Assembly: GCA_035564055.1 (NCBI GenBank)
Contig: DATMTO010000249.1
Location: 1 to 34,510, forward strand
Direction of reading: 5' to 3'
Length of the DNA: 34,510 bases
Source of the DNA: Rhodocyclaceae bacterium
GTDB lineage: Bacteria > Pseudomonadota > Gammaproteobacteria > Burkholderiales > Rhodocyclaceae
Translations under genes and position numbers: made by a program
Shown here: one piece after another, positions 31,459 to 34,510 of the stretch
How the letters are laid out: each line of letters opens with the position of its first letter
Numbering within the stretch: the stretch's first letter is position 1
The notes under the pieces: generated by a model
What the model saw: the letters and a program-made list of their open reading frames with translations, nothing else
What the model was told of the DNA's origin: nothing
Database searches by the model: none

Positions 31459-34320
31459 ATGCCTGCAACGGATGAGGGCCTGGTTCATCACATTGCCTCG
31501 GCGCTGCTGCACAGTGCGCGCCAGCACAAGCCTCGCATCTACAACGGCGTCAGCGGACAGGTACTGCGACGCTGTCTCGACGATGCGCCTTTGCGCGCTG
31601 CGCTGTTCCGCTTCATCGACGTGCTGCCGCAGCTGCAGGGCAGTGCCGCGCAGGCCGCGCATCTGCGCGCCTACCTCGATGAGGCCGGCAGCACCGGCTT
31701 GTTGCCGGGGCTGATGAAGCTCTCCGCTCGGCCCTCGCTGAGCTGGCTCGCCACGCTGCAGATCCGGCATCTGGCGCAGAACTTTCTGGTCGAGGAAACG
31801 CCGCGCGCCCTTGCTCTGGTGTTGAACAAGCTCGCCGCGCTGCCCGCCACCGTGACGCTGGATGCGGTCGGCGAGGCTGTGCTGACCGAAGCCGAGGCCG
31901 ATGCCTATCGCGATCGCGTACTGTGGCAGCTGCAGCAGGATTGGTGCGCCAAACACGGCCAGAGGCAGGCGCCGCATCTGTCAATCAAGCTCACCGCGCT
32001 GGCGCCCGGCTTCGACCCGCTCGATGCCGGCGGCACGCGGCGCCGCGTCTATGCGCGCCTGACCCCCATACTCGAACTGGCCGCCGAGCGACAGGCGACG
32101 GTGACCATCGACATGGAGCATCATGAACTCAAGCAACAGATCGTCGATCTGTTTCTCGATGCGGTCGTGCATTTCAACGACCCGCGCTGGCAACCCGCCA
32201 TCGCATTGCAGGCCTACCTGCCGGAGACCCGCGACGACCTGTCGCGCGTGCTGGAAGCAGCCCAGCGCAGTGGCCGCCGCCTTGGCGTGCGGCTGGTCAA
32301 GGGTGCCTATTGGGATCAGGAGCACGCCTGGGCGCTCGAACGCGGCTGGCCCATGCCGTGTTATCTGGACAAGGCAGCCACCGATGCCAACTACGAGGCA
32401 CTGACGGCGATTCTGCTGGCGCGCACGGACACACTGCACGTTGCTATTGCCGGCCACAACCCGCGCAGTCTCGCCGTGGCGATTGCGCATGCGCGACAAG
32501 CGGGGCTGACCGCTACGCAATGGGAAATCCAGATGTTGCACGGCATGGCCGAACCCTTGCGCGACGCACTGATCGAACAAGATGTGCCGTTGCGCATCTA
32601 CGTGCCCACCGGCGACCTGCTGTCCGGCATGGCTTACCTCATACGGCGCCTGCTCGAAAACACCGCCGGCACCTCCATCCTGCGCCAGACCTGGCTCGAC
32701 GAGGCGCAGGATGCCGCGCTGTTGCAAAGACCTGCGCCACCAGTGCCGTCGGCCTCAACGCCGGTCAGCGCGCCGCCGCCGACCCTGCCCCTGAGCGACT
32801 TTTCACGGCCGGAAGTCAGGGCCGCATTCCAGCGCGCACTGGATTCGATGCAGGCCCAGTTGAGTGAAAGGCCCGCTACCGGTGCAGAGCGCTACCAGAG
32901 CCGCAACCCACACGCGCCGCAACAGATCCTGGGCAGCGCCCGAATGACGCCGTTGAATGAAGTCGACGCCATCATTGCAGCAGCGCGTGCAGCGCAGCGG
33001 GGATGGGCCGCGCGGCCCGTCGTCGAACGCGTAAACACCTTGTCGGCGCTGGCCGATCACATTGACGCCGCCCGTCATCACTTTGCCGCCATCCAGGTGC
33101 TCGAAGCCGGCAAACCCTGGCGCGAGGCCGATGCGGACGTCGCCGAGGCGATTGATTTCCTGCGCTACTACGGCGCGCAGATGCTGGCGCTGTCGGGCGA
33201 CCATGCGACCGTCGATTTTCCGGGCGAGCGTAACCGCTATTGCTACCGGCCGCGTGGCCTGGCTGTGGTGATCGCACCGTGGAACTTCCCTCTCGCCATA
33301 CTCACGGGCATGACTGCCGCAGCGCTTGTCACCGGTAATGCGGCGCTGATAAAACCCGCCTTGCCCGGCCTGCAGAGCGCATTGGCACTGCGCGCTGCCA
33401 TGGATGCGGTCGGCATTCCCCGGGATGTGTGCCCGTTGCTGATCGGCGATGCCGACCTCGGGCGCGCCCTGGTCGCCCACTCCGCCGTCGAGATCATCGC
33501 GTTTACAGGTTCGCGCGCGGTCGGTCTGGATATTCTGCACGAGGCGCATACGCCGCGCTCAGGGCAGCGCCACATCAAGCAGGTGGTGTGTGAGATGGGC
33601 GGCAAGAACGCCATCGTGGTCGATGCAGACGCCGATCTGGATGAAGCGGTCGGCGGTATCCTGGCCTCGGCTTTCGGTTACAGCGGCCAGAAATGTTCCG
33701 CCTGCTCGCGCGTAATCGCGGTCGAAGCGATCGCGCCGAGCTTGCAACAAAGGCTGGTGGCTGCGGCTGCGACCCTGCGCTGGGGCGACCCGGCCGACCC
33801 CAGCTGCGATCATGGTCCGCTGATCAGCGCGGCAGCACGCCAGAAGGCGCTCGACTACATCGCCATCGGTGGTCAGGAAGCGCACCTGCTATGGCAAGGC
33901 AGCGTGCCGCAAGGTGACGGCAGCGGCTGGTATTGCCCGCCGACGATCTTTACTGAGGTCAGGCCCGAGCATCGCATTGCGCGCGAGGAAATCTTCGGCC
34001 CGGTGCTGGCGCTGATGACAGCACCCGACTTTGCCACAGCGCTTGCCATCGCCAACAACTGCGACTACGCGCTGACCGGCGGTGTGTACAGCCGCCTGCC
34101 GCGACATCTCGCACTGGCTCGCGACGAATTCCGCGTCGGCAATCTCTACCTCAACCGTCGCACCACCGGGGCGCGGGTCGGTGTCCAGCCTTTCGGCGGC
34201 ATCGCCCTGTCCGGAACCGGCATCCAGGCCGGTGGCCCCGACTATCTGAAGCAATTCATGTGGATGCAGAGCAGCAGCGAAAACATCATGCGCAAGGGGT
34301 TCGTGCCAGGTGGCGAGTGA
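31459..34320 (+). CDS. putA: Bifunctional proline dehydrogenase / L-glutamate-gamma-semialdehyde dehydrogenase (short-form PutA without an RHH DNA-binding domain)
   Basis: 953 aa. The PRODH barrel motifs are LSIKLTAL, TIDMEHHE and VRLVKGAYWD. The ALDH half has VIAPWNFPLAI, FTGS, CEMGGKNA, the catalytic-Cys context GQKCSACSR and EEIFGPVL. The SD GGGAGGG lies 5 nt upstream of the ATG. Confidence 0.9.
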   Translation: MPATDEGLVHHIASALLHSARQHKPRIYNGVSGQVLRRCLDDAPLRAALFRFIDVLPQLQGSAAQAAHLRAYLDEAGSTGLLPGLMKLSARPSLSWLATLQIRHLAQNFLVEETPRALALVLNKLAALPATVTLDAVGEAVLTEAEADAYRDRVLWQLQQDWCAKHGQRQAPHLSIKLTALAPGFDPLDAGGTRRRVYARLTPILELAAERQATVTIDMEHHELKQQIVDLFLDAVVHFNDPRWQPAIALQAYLPETRDDLSRVLEAAQRSGRRLGVRLVKGAYWDQEHAWALERGWPMPCYLDKAATDANYEALTAILLARTDTLHVAIAGHNPRSLAVAIAHARQAGLTATQWEIQMLHGMAEPLRDALIEQDVPLRIYVPTGDLLSGMAYLIRRLLENTAGTSILRQTWLDEAQDAALLQRPAPPVPSASTPVSAPPPTLPLSDFSRPEVRAAFQRALDSMQAQLSERPATGAERYQSRNPHAPQQILGSARMTPLNEVDAIIAAARAAQRGWAARPVVERVNTLSALADHIDAARHHFAAIQVLEAGKPWREADADVAEAIDFLRYYGAQMLALSGDHATVDFPGERNRYCYRPRGLAVVIAPWNFPLAILTGMTAAALVTGNAALIKPALPGLQSALALRAAMDAVGIPRDVCPLLIGDADLGRALVAHSAVEIIAFTGSRAVGLDILHEAHTPRSGQRHIKQVVCEMGGKNAIVVDADADLDEAVGGILASAFGYSGQKCSACSRVIAVEAIAPSLQQRLVAAAATLRWGDPADPSCDHGPLISAAARQKALDYIAIGGQEAHLLWQGSVPQGDGSGWYCPPTIFTEVRPEHRIAREEIFGPVLALMTAPDFATALAIANNCDYALTGGVYSRLPRHLALARDEFRVGNLYLNRRTTGARVGVQPFGGIALSGTGIQAGGPDYLKQFMWMQSSSENIMRKGFVPGGE

Positions 34321-34398
34321 GGATGGCACGGGAGTTTGGCGAGGAACCGTGCAGACCAGGATCGGTCGAATCAACAAGCCTGCCGAGAGGAGAGGATC

Positions 34399-34510
34399 AT
34401 GAAAGAGAGCGCTATCGAGCTTCTTCCGGTCGCCTACGGTGGCGGCGCGCGCTACCGCGGTTGCGAGGATGCGCCGGCGGCATTGCTGTCGCTCGGCGTC
34501 GAGGCCGCCT
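34399..34510 (+). CDS. 5' end of a possible arginase/ureohydrolase-family gene (3' end outside window)
   Basis: The ATG at 34399 is preceded by GAGAGGAGAGG. Only 37 codons are visible (MKESAIELLPVAYGGGARYRGCEDAPAALLSLGVEAA). The pattern (short strand, then G-x-R-x-G-x-x-x-AP-x-AL) resembles arginase/agmatinase N-termini. Confidence 0.35.
   Translation, partial: MKESAIELLPVAYGGGARYRGCEDAPAALLSLGVEAA

Noticed and set aside
1-34510. Search for CRISPR arrays, tRNA or rRNA genes, IS elements or transposases, integrases, prophage or defence-system genes, and toxin-antitoxin pairs.
   Set aside because: Reading the sequence showed no regularly spaced direct repeats, no cloverleaf-like or rRNA-like segments, and no ORF with transposase, integrase, nuclease or ATPase defence signatures. 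A covariance-model scan (tRNAscan-SE, Infernal) and a repeat finder would be needed to exclude small RNAs formally.

Overview
This is a GC-rich chromosomal window that looks proteobacterial. The protein families resemble Betaproteobacteria such as Rhodocyclales or Burkholderiales, but that guess is not verified. All calls come from reading the six-frame translations and the DNA; no database search was run.

Layout, left to right:
1. 2-1252: the 3' part of a NorD/CbbO-type VWA gene.
2. 1465-5132 (minus strand): a kup potassium transporter followed by a polytopic membrane protein.
3. 5477-10921: a compact stress island. It holds a BON lipoprotein, a Cys-repeat secreted protein, a ferritin-like protein, a GlsB/YeaQ protein, a CsbD protein and an unlisted 56-aa DUF1328 ORF. 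These surround a soluble GAF-PAS-PAS histidine kinase with two response regulators.
4. 11211-11984: an alpha/beta hydrolase.
5. 12194-29889: 22 co-directional, mostly overlapping genes forming an aryl-polyene (APE)/flexirubin-like type II PKS cluster. It encodes a CLF-like protein, three C-H-H ketosynthases, two ACPs, an adenylating enzyme, two hot-dog dehydratases, a ketoreductase and a thioesterase. It also encodes an MIO ammonia-lyase, PlsC-type and LpxL-type acyltransferases, a GT2, a LolA-like protein, an MMPL exporter, DUF3261 and three small exported proteins.
6. 29911-31289 (minus strand): a convergent Sfp-type PPTase and SAM-methyltransferase pair.
7. 31459-34320: putA, followed by the first 37 codons of a possible arginase-family gene.

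I saw no rRNA, tRNA, CRISPR array, transposase or integrase.

The APE cluster belongs to a described family. The parts that look non-standard are its accessory genes: the ammonia-lyase, the LpxL-like acyltransferase, the FabB-like third KS and the exported trio. The kinase-linked stress island is the other item of interest.

Many start codons were moved downstream of the ORF-track starts, based on ATGA/TGATG stop-start overlaps and Shine-Dalgarno motifs.
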